Shown here piece after piece: positions 25,389 through 34,512 of a stretch of 64,000 bases of DNA (the stretch's first letter is position 1; every line of letters starts with the position of its first letter). The stretch is from Nitrospinota bacterium (GTDB lineage Bacteria > UBA8248), in contig JAYGFR010000103.1 of the NCBI GenBank assembly GCA_046581755.1, positions 1-64,000 on the forward strand, read 5' to 3'. The position numbers were made by a program, and so were the translations under genes. The notes beneath the pieces were generated by a model. The model was not told the origin of the DNA and searched no databases. It worked only from the letters and a program-made list of their open reading frames with translations.

Positions 25389-25770
25389 TCAAACCTTCTC
25401 TCCATCTTCGAGCGCGCCGTCTCCGAGCGCCGCCCGGATGGACTCCACCACGCCCTCGATATTTTTCATCAAATCCCCGTTCCAGAAGCGCACCACCCTA
25501 ATCCCTCTCCCGCCAGCGCGCGGCTTCGCTCCGCGTCGTATTCGGCCTGATCGCTCCCGGCGTGCCCGCCTCCGTCAAGCTCCACCGCCAGCCGCGCCTC
25601 GTGGCAATAAAAATCCAGGATGAACGGCCACGCCGGATGCTGACGGCAGAATTTCACGCCCAGCCCGCTGTCCCGGAGGACTCGCCACAGCTTCCGCTCC
25701 GCCTCGGTGGACTCTTTGCGAAGCTCCCGGGCCGGGCCTTCCTCTTTTCATCCAAGGGCGGTTTCGCCAT
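25389..25770 (-). CDS. DUF559 (Vsr-like) endonuclease domain protein, one frameshift (~25503)
   Basis: RARELRKESTEAERKLW, KFCRQHP, ILDFYCHEARLAVELDGGGH; after a +1 correction, GIRVVRFWN. Confidence 0.85.
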
Positions 25771-25794
25771 GGTTGATCCACCTTCCCTACTTAT

Positions 25795-25830
25795 TCCCTC
25801 ACCCCAACCCTCTCCCGGAGGGAGAGGGAG
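25795..25830 (+). repeat. REP-like palindrome, copy 1
   Basis: TCCCTCACCCCAACCCTCTCCCGGAGGGAGAGGGAG, with an internal hairpin CCCTCTCCC-GGA-GGGAGAGGG. Confidence 0.85.
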
Positions 25831-25952
25831 TTAAAAACCTCGTGTTCGATGCCTTACTTTCAATCTGGAATTAACCAATTCCTCAAAATCTGAATCCCGA
25901 TCAATCTCCAATTGCACCTCAACGACATTCGCCCTAAAGCCTTTGCCCTTAG

Positions 25953-25988
25953 TCCCCTCTCCCTCCGGGAGAGGGTTAGAGTGAGGGA
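25953..25988 (-). repeat. REP-like palindrome, copy 2 (inverted relative to copy 1)
   Basis: Reverse complement is TCCCTCACTCTAACCCTCTCCCGGAGGGAGAGGGGA. Confidence 0.85.
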
Positions 25989-25997
25989 GATTTCGAT

Positions 25998-26204
25998 CTA
26001 CCCCGCCAAAATCCGCTTCGTGCTCGGAAGCGACATCACCAGCGCCGCCGCCATCGTCCACCAGCCCGCCGCCGTCCAATCGCCCCCCGCGTAGCCCGCG
26101 ATCAACAACCCGATCCCCACCCCGCCCAGAAACTTTGCGAAAACGTGCGCCATCAGAAGCGGCGCCGGCAGATTTCGGAATCTTTGTATCCATGAGGAGA
26201 GCAT
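25998..26204 (-). CDS. Small hypothetical membrane protein (68 aa)
   Basis: Two hydrophobic segments, host-like codon usage, AAGGA upstream. Confidence 0.6.
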   Translation of the reverse strand: MLSSWIQRFRNLPAPLLMAHVFAKFLGGVGIGLLIAGYAGGDWTAAGWWTMAAALVMSLPSTKRILAG

Positions 26205-26233
26205 TAAGGGTTTCCTTGGGGGCGGGTCTTTTT

Positions 26234-26332
26234 CGTTATTCCGAGCGCTAGCGAGAAATCTTCGAGGAGGAAAGTTTGCGGGACACCGCCCCAGAAGATT
26301 CTTCCCTCCGCTCCGCTGAGTTCAGAATGACG
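26234..26332. repeat. Degenerate GTCAT...ATGAC-type palindromic repeat element
   Basis: Left arm CGTTATTCCGAGCG...GAAATCTTC pairs imperfectly with right arm GAAGATTCTT...TTCAGAATGACG. Confidence 0.6.
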
Positions 26333-26398
26333 CAATAACTTCTACCGATTTTCCAAACTGAGATACAGCCAATTTCAATCGCCTATAATCACCATTTT

Positions 26399-27429
26399 TC
26401 AAACCAAACGACCGAGAATTTTTCGAACAGGCCTTACAAAAATCGCATTGTGCAATTTACTTATCCGCCTATTCGTAATGTCAAAATGGTGTCCCGTTCG
26501 AATATCTCTCCACATTCCAGAATAATTTGGAGTCAACACAACTTCATGGGTCAAAATATTAAAAAGAGAAAAATGAACCTTGATTTCATTTTGGGACCCT
26601 GACCATTCTGAAACTATTAAGTGCCCAGTTGTTTGCCTCATAATTTTGGAATCTTCTCTCAAGATGGGGTCTTGGCTTACCCTGAAAAATTTATAGTCCG
26701 GTGGGTTCCATAACGCACGAACCTTCGAATTGAATCAAAATTTTCACTGAGAACAAAATCCGAACCAGCAATTTTAGCAAGGTAGTTTAAGGCTATTTTT
26801 GAGACCGCCCTTTGAATTACACGATCAACGACGTATTCCCCTTCAATTTCTATTTGCCCTGAATTACTTGGTTGTGGAAATACTTCATTTTTCTCTTTAA
26901 AAGAAATCCCTTTGCGCCACAGAAGGCGAATTAGCCGTGGGACGTCCAAATCAGGAATTAATAGAATGCCTTTTTGAAGACTAATTCCATCAGGAAGGCT
27001 TCTCGCTTCATACAACTCAGGCTCTGCCATAAACTTCCATCCAACTTGTTGAGCTTTAGCAAATCCAACTTGTGGTATTGGGGCATATGCCAATTTCCCT
27101 TCTTCGACTTTTACTCCCAACAACAATCCAATATATTCACAGTTATCTGCCAATCTCATGACTAACCTATTGCCAATAAAGTCTGAGACCATTGATTTAA
27201 CATCTTTCAACCCATATTCACTTCTTTGCAGTCCCTCAAAACTGTCCCTAGCCAAATAGGAGTCATGGTATTTTCCGAAAAATTCATTGCATTCATCACA
27301 AACACAATGAAGAATTAAATTGTCAGGCGCGAATCTACCAAACGACTGAGGAATTACATGCTCTCGTTTTGTGAATTCTCTCGACACTTCCTTCTCTTCA
27401 AGACAATAAATTCACTTCCGCGTCTCCAC
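26399..27429 (-). pseudogene. AT-rich HNH endonuclease gene with an in-frame TGA at codon 6 and one frameshift (~26706)
   Basis: METRK*IYC...REHVIPQSFG...VCDECNEFFG (CxxC...EHxxP...CxxCN), SKIALNYL. A +1 correction joins it to ORF 26399-26662. Confidence 0.75.
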
Positions 27430-27431
27430 CC

Positions 27432-28528
<1,097 letters not shown>

Positions 28529-28532
<4 letters not shown>

Positions 28533-29872
28533 CGCGCATCTCCCGAATGAGCGCCCTCGCCCGCGGCGATGGTCATCTCGCCCCGGTTGTCGTTCATGCT
28601 GTTCATAACGATCTTGCCGCCAACGACCGTGGCGGCGGCGCAGCCCTTGAGCTTCCAGCCCCCGAAGGGGGTGTTCCGCCCCCGGCTCTCGAATCGCTCG
28701 GGGCGGACCTCGCTCATCCGCTCCGGGTCGAGGAGGGTGACGTCCCCTGGAGATCCCTCCGTGAGCGTTCCGCCCGGGACGCCGAGAATCCGCGCGGGGC
28801 CCTCGGTAAATTTGGCGATCATCTCGGCCAGGGAGAGGATGCCGCCGTGGACGAGGCGGTCGATGGCCAGGGGCACGGCGGTCTCGAGCCCCACGATCCC
28901 GAAGGGCACGGCGTCGAACTCGACCTGGAGCTCGGCCTCGTAATGGGGGGCGTGGTCCGAGGCGATGGCGTCCACCGTGCCGTCCCGGAGGGCGGCGATG
29001 AGGGCCAGGCGGTCGGTCTCCGAGCGCAGGGGCGGGGCCATCTTGGCCGCCGAATTGAAGCCGTAAATGGCCTCGTCGGTGAGGGTGAAATGATGAGGTG
29101 TTACCTCACATGTTACTTTCAACCCGTTATTTTTGGCCGTTCTGATAAGATCGATCGCGCCGCCCGATGTGGTGTGCAAAATATGGAGCCGGGACCGGGT
29201 GAGCGCGGCGAGGCGGATGTCCCGGAAGACGCAGATGTCCTCGCTCGCGGCGGGGTTCGCCTCCAGGCCCAGCGAGGTCGAGACGGCCCCCTCGTTCATG
29301 ACCCGGCCCCTGGAGAGGGACATGTCCTCGGCGTGGTCGAGGACGGCGGCCCCGAGCATTCCCGCGTATTCGAGGGCCGAGCGCATGAGCTGGGCCGTGC
29401 GCACGGGGACTCCATCGTCGCTGAAGGCGACGCAGCCCGCCGCCCGTTGGTCGGCCATCTCGGCCAGGCGCTCCCCCTCGAGCCCGGCTGAGACCGCCCC
29501 GATCGGGTAGACCCGGCAGGCGGCCGTCTCGCGGGCGCGTTTCAGGATGCGCTCGGTGATCGAGCTCGTGTCGTTGACGGGGTCGGTGTTCGCCATGCAG
29601 GCCAACGCCGTGAAGCCGCCCGCCGCCGCCGCGCGCGTTCCGCTCTCGATATCTTCCTTGTATTCCTCGCCGGGCTCGCGCAGGTGGACGTGCATGTCGA
29701 TAAAACCGGGCGCGGCCACGAGGCCCGCCGCATCGAGCACCTCATCGCCCTCGCGCGGGGGGATGTCCCGCCCCACCCGGGCGATGAGCCCCCCCTCGAT
29801 CAGGATGTCGAGGGCGCCATCGACGCCCGCCGCCGGGTCGACGAGGCGCGCTCCCTTAATGAGCAACGGCAT
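28529..29872 (-). CDS. pyrC: Dihydroorotase (type I)
   Basis: PGFIDMHVHLREPG, TCEVTPHHF, KMAPPLR, IASDHAPH, GIVGLET. Confidence 0.96.
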
Positions 29873-30869
29873 CTTCGGCCTCCGCGATTTCCGCCCGTTT
29901 CTCGCTGGGCGGGTCCCCGGCGGGTCCGCCGCCGCTCTCCCCGCTCTGGCCGGCGAGGAGGTAGAGGATCCCCATCCGGCAGGCGACGCCGTACTCGACC
30001 TGTTCGAGGATGACGGAGTACGGCCCGTCGGCCACGTCGGGGGACATCTCGACGCCCCGGTTGATGGGCCCCGGATGCATGATAAGCAGATCCTTCTTCA
30101 CCCCGCGCAGGCGCTTGCGGTTGATGCCGTAGGTGGCGGCGTACTCGCGCTCGCTCGGGAAGGCGGCTCCCGCTCCGCGCTCGACCTGGATGCGCAGCGC
30201 CATCAGGACATCGGCCCACTCGATGGCCTCCTCCAGCCGGGTGGTCACCCGGGCCCCGAGGCTCCCGGCCTCGGCGGGCAGCATGGTGGCGGGGCCGCAA
30301 ATCATGACCTCGGCCCCCAGCTTCCGGAGGGCGGTGATGTCCGAGCGCGCCACCCGGCTCCGGGCGATGTCGCCCACGATGGAGACGCGCAGGCCCTCGA
30401 ACTCTTTTTTGTGCTCCCGGATGGTGTAGAGATCAAGAAGAGCTTGGGTGGGGTGCTCGTGTCAGCCGTCCCCGGCGTTGACGACCCCGCAGCGGAGCTC
30501 GCGGGCCAGGTAGGCGGGCGCCCCCGAGGCCGGATGACGCACGACGACCACGTCGGTGGCCATGGCCTCGATGTTCCGGGCCGTATCGCGCAGGGTCTCT
30601 CCCTTTTTCGCGGCGCTGGACGAGGCGGCGATGTTGATGACATCGGCCGAGAGGCGCTTTCCGGCGATCTCGAACGAGGTGCGCGTGCGCGTGGAGGGCT
30701 CGAAGAACAGGTTCACCACCGTCTTCCCGCGCAGGGAGGGCACCTTTTTGATGTCCCGCTCGTTCACCTCCCGGAAGGAGTCGGTCATATCGAGGAGGAA
30801 CAGAATCTCCTCGGGCGACAGATCCCGGATGGAGAGGAGATCTTTTCCTTGCAACGGTTCCGGCTTCAT
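29856..30869 (-). CDS. pyrB: Aspartate carbamoyltransferase catalytic subunit with one in-frame TGA (30462-30464)
   Basis: [52 protein letters not shown]; ORFs 30462-30869 and 29856-30377 share one frame. Confidence 0.95.
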
Positions 30870-31465
30870 GGGGAATCCTCCGGGGCAGAGGGATGCGGCG
30901 AATGATCCTGGGGAATATGTTTTATCGCGAAACCGGGCGAATCCCGCACGATGATGGCGTCCCGCCCGTCGCTTTCCTCGAGAAGGACCTGGACCTCCTC
31001 GTCGGGCAGGACATCCAGGTTCCGGCCCACGAAATCCGCCCGGACGGGCAGTTCGCGCCCGCCCCGATCGACGGCCACGGCCAGCAGGACGCGCGCCGGG
31101 CGGCCGAAATTCACCAGCATGGCCAGCGCGGCCCGGACGGTCCTGCCCGTGAACAGCACATCGTCCACGAGAACGATGTCCTTGTCCGCGCAGGAAAAGG
31201 GCAGGTCCGTCTTCCGAAGGCGGGCGCGGGCGCCGCCCGCGCGATCGAGATCGTCCCGGAAGAGGGTGACGTCGAGGGCACCGACGGGGGGGCGGGTTCC
31301 CTCGAGGCTTTCGATGATGCCCGAGAGCCTCTCGGCCAGCGGCACGCCCCGGGTGCGGATGCCGACGAGGGCGAGTTGGCCGAAATCCCCGCTCTGCTCG
31401 ATGATTTCGTGGGCCAGGCGCTTGAGCGTCCGGCGCAACTGGCCGCTGTCCAGCTCCTCACGCAT
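30866..31465 (-). CDS. pyrR: Pyrimidine operon attenuation protein / uracil PRTase
   Basis: [60 protein letters not shown]. The start is approximate. Confidence 0.95.
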   Translation of the reverse strand: MREELDSGQLRRTLKRLAHEIIEQSGDFGQLALVGIRTRGVPLAERLSGIIESLEGTRPPVGALDVTLFRDDLDRAGGARARLRKTDLPFSCADKDIVLVDDVLFTGRTVRAALAMLVNFGRPARVLLAVAVDRGGRELPVRADFVGRNLDVLPDEEVQVLLEESDGRDAIIVRDSPGFAIKHIPQDHSPHPSAPEDSP

Positions 31466-31512
31466 GGGCCCCGGCCCCCAAACCCACAACCCGCCTAAAA
31501 GCCGCGCGGGCG

Positions 31513-31543
31513 AAAAAAAAACTCCATCCCTTCCGGAATGGAG
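31513..31543 (-). terminator. Attenuator terminator in the pyr operon leader
   Basis: CTCCATTCC-GGAA-GGGATGGAG followed by T9 on the minus strand, about 50 nt before pyrR. Confidence 0.85.
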
Positions 31544-31597
31544 GCCGATGTGCAAACCGCTCAAATGCCCAATGTCGGGTGGTCATCCCGGCATCCT

Positions 31598-31628
31598 CCT
31601 TGGCCGACTCTCGGTCCGGCATTAAAGG
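31598..31628 (-). promoter_or_regulatory. PyrR-binding loop (variant)
   Basis: Minus strand CCTTTAA-TGCCGGACCGAGAGTCGGC-CAAGG: the CUUUAA segment, a GAGA-capped stem and the closing AAGG, upstream of the terminator and pyrR. Confidence 0.75.
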
Positions 31629-31764
31629 TTGGAAGCCTTTTTCTTCTAATTTCTTCTTTTCTTCTTACTTATATTTTCTTACTTACTTCGTACGGAACAC
31701 GATGCCTCAACGCCCCGGACGATCCGGAATCTAACAGGCTTGCCCCCCGCGATCAAGGGGGAAG

Positions 31765-32079
31765 CTAGCGGTCCGCCAAAAAATCGATGGGGCCATCGGA
31801 ATCCGTCTCCGGCGGAACGTTCTCGGCCCGCCGCTCCTCGATCACCTCGTAGAGCTCGCGGGCGCCGGTCTTCGAGACCCGCCGCTCCGCCGTGGCCAGG
31901 ACCCGGATCCGTATCTCCCGCCTGCCCACGCGCAGTTCCAGTTCATCCCCCTCGCGAAGCTGGCGGCCCGCCTTGGCGGGCGCCCCGCCGCAAATCACTG
32001 CGCCGTTTTCAATCAGGGCCTTTGCCGCGGACCGTCTCTTGACCAGGCGGCTGGCGGTGAGGAAAAAATCGAGACGCAC
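31765..32079 (-). CDS. S4-domain RNA-binding protein (Hsp15/RqcP-like)
   Basis: MRLDFFLTASRLVKRRSAAK...KAGRQLREGDEL...ARELYEVI. Confidence 0.88.
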   Translation of the reverse strand: MRLDFFLTASRLVKRRSAAKALIENGAVICGGAPAKAGRQLREGDELELRVGRREIRIRVLATAERRVSKTGARELYEVIEERRAENVPPETDSDGPIDFLADR

Positions 32080-32093
32080 TCACCACCGCCCGT

Positions 32094-33554
32094 TTATTTA
32101 AATTCCTGGGGATCGGCCACGATGCTCCGAGTCTTTTCCACCTTCACATCGAACTCCAGGCGCACCCTTTTCTCGTCCGTGACCACGCCGATGCGCCCCT
32201 TTTTCGGGGCCAGTGAAATCGCCTTGATCAAGTCGGCGAAGCTGACCTTGCCGAGATAGGAATTGGGCAGGAGATAGTTATACTCGTAAAGGAAAATACT
32301 CGTCCCCGGATCGGGATTGACGAATTCGTGATGGAGTTTTTCGAGGCCGCCGATTTTCTCGCGGCCCAGGATCATCTCCTCGTCCACCTTGAGGTTGCCC
32401 GATTTCCACCTCTCGTCCCGGCGGCTGGAGCCGAAGGTCCAGAACACCTTCTCGCGCCCCAGCAGCTCGACCGACTTGAGCAGCTTGATTTCGATGAGCT
32501 TGAAGGAAATTTGCTCCCTGACATCGCGGAACAGCGCCTCGAGGGAGCCCACGCCCCCCTTCCCTTCAGCCTGGGGATCGAAGTGGATCTCCAGGAATGC
32601 CGCGCGCTTGAGATCGGCGATCCACTCGCGTCGGCGCTTCGCGCGCTTTTCCTTGAGCAGAAGACCCCGGAGCCTTCCCGAGAGTTTGTCGAGCGTGGTC
32701 ACTTTGCCAGGCCGTAATTTTTTCACCAGGAGGATGTGGTAGCCGGCCTGGGTCCGGACCACATCGCTGATCTTGCCCACCGGCATGGAAAAGAGGATTT
32801 TTTCGAACTCGGCGAACACCTCGCCTTTTTTGATGAACCCCAGGTCCCCCCCCCGGGAGGCGTTGGGGCCTTCGGATAATTTTCTTGCGGTGGCGGCGAA
32901 ATCCTTGCCGTTGGAGAGGGCCAGGCGGCGTGCCTTGTCCGCCTTGGCGCGCCGGGCGGCATCCTCTTTTTGGGAGGCCCCGCGGGCCACGGGAAAGAAA
33001 ATCTGCAGGATTTGCCTCGCCTCTCCCTGGCGAAAGCGGTCGATGTTGGCCTTGTAGTAGCCCGCGATTTCAATATCGCTCACCGATACCCGGGAAAGCA
33101 CCTCCCGCCCTTCGGTCTTGAGGCGGAGAATGTCATTTCGCCTTTCCTCCCAGTAGGCCTTGAGGGAGGTCCCTTGCGAGCGCAGAATTTTGTCGAATTG
33201 TTTCGCCCCGATTTTTTCCCTGTCCAAGATGCTCTGGATACGCCGTTCGAGTTCCTTGTCGGGAACCGTGATTCCGAGTTTTTTCCCCCGCTGGATCACC
33301 AGTTTTTGCTCGATGAGGTTGTTGAGCGCGCTGAGCCTGAACTCGCGCATGCGCCCCTCCAGGCTTTTGGCGCCGAAGCGCCGCTTGTGTCTTTCGATCG
33401 ATTTCTTGACGTACTCCTGGAGTTCGCTCAGCGTGATGATCTCGCTGTTGATCTTCGCCACGATCCGCTCGACCGTGATGGGCTTCGCCCCCGCCCGGGG
33501 GACCCCCAGGAGAAGAGCGAAAACGATAAATCCGCTAACCCGCCGCGCCATCAT
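32094..33554 (-). CDS. SurA-like parvulin PPIase with a ~160 aa C-terminal extra domain
   Basis: ERIVAKINSEIITLSEL, FAATARKLSEG, GGDLGFIKKG, VVRTQAGYHIL. Confidence 0.88.
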   Translation of the reverse strand: MMARRVSGFIVFALLLGVPRAGAKPITVERIVAKINSEIITLSELQEYVKKSIERHKRRFGAKSLEGRMREFRLSALNNLIEQKLVIQRGKKLGITVPDKELERRIQSILDREKIGAKQFDKILRSQGTSLKAYWEERRNDILRLKTEGREVLSRVSVSDIEIAGYYKANIDRFRQGEARQILQIFFPVARGASQKEDAARRAKADKARRLALSNGKDFAATARKLSEGPNASRGGDLGFIKKGEVFAEFEKILFSMPVGKISDVVRTQAGYHILLVKKLRPGKVTTLDKLSGRLRGLLLKEKRAKRRREWIADLKRAAFLEIHFDPQAEGKGGVGSLEALFRDVREQISFKLIEIKLLKSVELLGREKVFWTFGSSRRDERWKSGNLKVDEEMILGREKIGGLEKLHHEFVNPDPGTSIFLYEYNYLLPNSYLGKVSFADLIKAISLAPKKGRIGVVTDEKRVRLEFDVKVEKTRSIVADPQEFK

Positions 33555-34512
33555 TTAAATTTCTCCAGTAATACCGAATCTCGGCTTTTTGCTTCAGGCC
33601 GGCAATCCATTTTTTCAGCATCGCACGGCCCCTTTCGGTCAACAAGCGGGCGTAGATTTTCTTCCGGACGGCCCGAAACGGCTGGATTCCCGCCGAGCGC
33701 CTTTCGGTCACCTGGAACAGATGGAAGCCCGACGAGGTTTGCACCACGGGACTGACTTCCTCTCCCTTGAGGCTATGGACCACTTTCTGAACCTTATCGG
33801 GAAGCTCATCCGAGGAGAAAAGGCCCATATCCCCACCCCGGCTCCTATCGGCCCCTATCGAGGCCTGGCGCGCGAGGAGCGCAAAGGAAACCCCGGCGAC
33901 GACCCGGTCGCGGAGTTGCCTGGCTGCCTCCTCCGAGCGGACCACAATCTGGCGCACCCGCCAGCGCCTGCCCACCCGGAACGTCCCACGGTTATCATCG
34001 TAATATGCGCGAATATCGGCTTTGGAAAGTTCGATTTTGGAATACACCTCTCTTTCCAAAACCTGTTCAATTTCAAAGGTTTCCCAGAGGGATTTTCTCC
34101 ACCGGCTCATTTCGATCTTCTCCTCGCGGAGCGCTTTTTCCAGTTCCTCCCTGGAGCCGTACTGGCGGGACACCATCTGAATGAGAGCTTGAACCCGCGC
34201 CTCTTCGACAAACTCGCCGGTTTGGCGGGAGTGCTGGAGAATGAGCCGGCGCTCGACCAATTCCTCTACAAGCGCCCGAACCAGGGGGCCGTCCTTTTTG
34301 GAGGCCGCGCCGGCCCTTCCCCTGGCCAACAGGAGGCCCTTGACATCCTTCATCCTGATCGAAGAATCGTTCACCACGGCGATGACCGGACCCGGGCCGC
34401 CTTTTTGGGCCGGCGCTTGGCCCGAATCGCAGCCGGCGGCAATGATGATAACGATAGACGCCACGGCGCACCGCGCCAAATGGGTGCCTCTCCCGATTCC
34501 GCCGCGAATCAT
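33535..34512 (-). CDS. Parvulin-type PPIase, probable lipoprotein
   Basis: Lipobox-like AAGC, VIAVVN, VRQIVV, GGDMG, PVVQTSSGFHLF. Confidence 0.88.
   Translation of the reverse strand: MIRGGIGRGTHLARCAVASIVIIIAAGCDSGQAPAQKGGPGPVIAVVNDSSIRMKDVKGLLLARGRAGAASKKDGPLVRALVEELVERRLILQHSRQTGEFVEEARVQALIQMVSRQYGSREELEKALREEKIEMSRWRKSLWETFEIEQVLEREVYSKIELSKADIRAYYDDNRGTFRVGRRWRVRQIVVRSEEAARQLRDRVVAGVSFALLARQASIGADRSRGGDMGLFSSDELPDKVQKVVHSLKGEEVSPVVQTSSGFHLFQVTERRSAGIQPFRAVRKKIYARLLTERGRAMLKKWIAGLKQKAEIRYYWRNLNDGAAG

Noticed and set aside
29856..30869. Genome-wide TGA reassignment
   Set aside because: TGA clearly terminates many genes here (lepA, carB, pyrC, yqeB), often in ATGA/GTGA overlaps.
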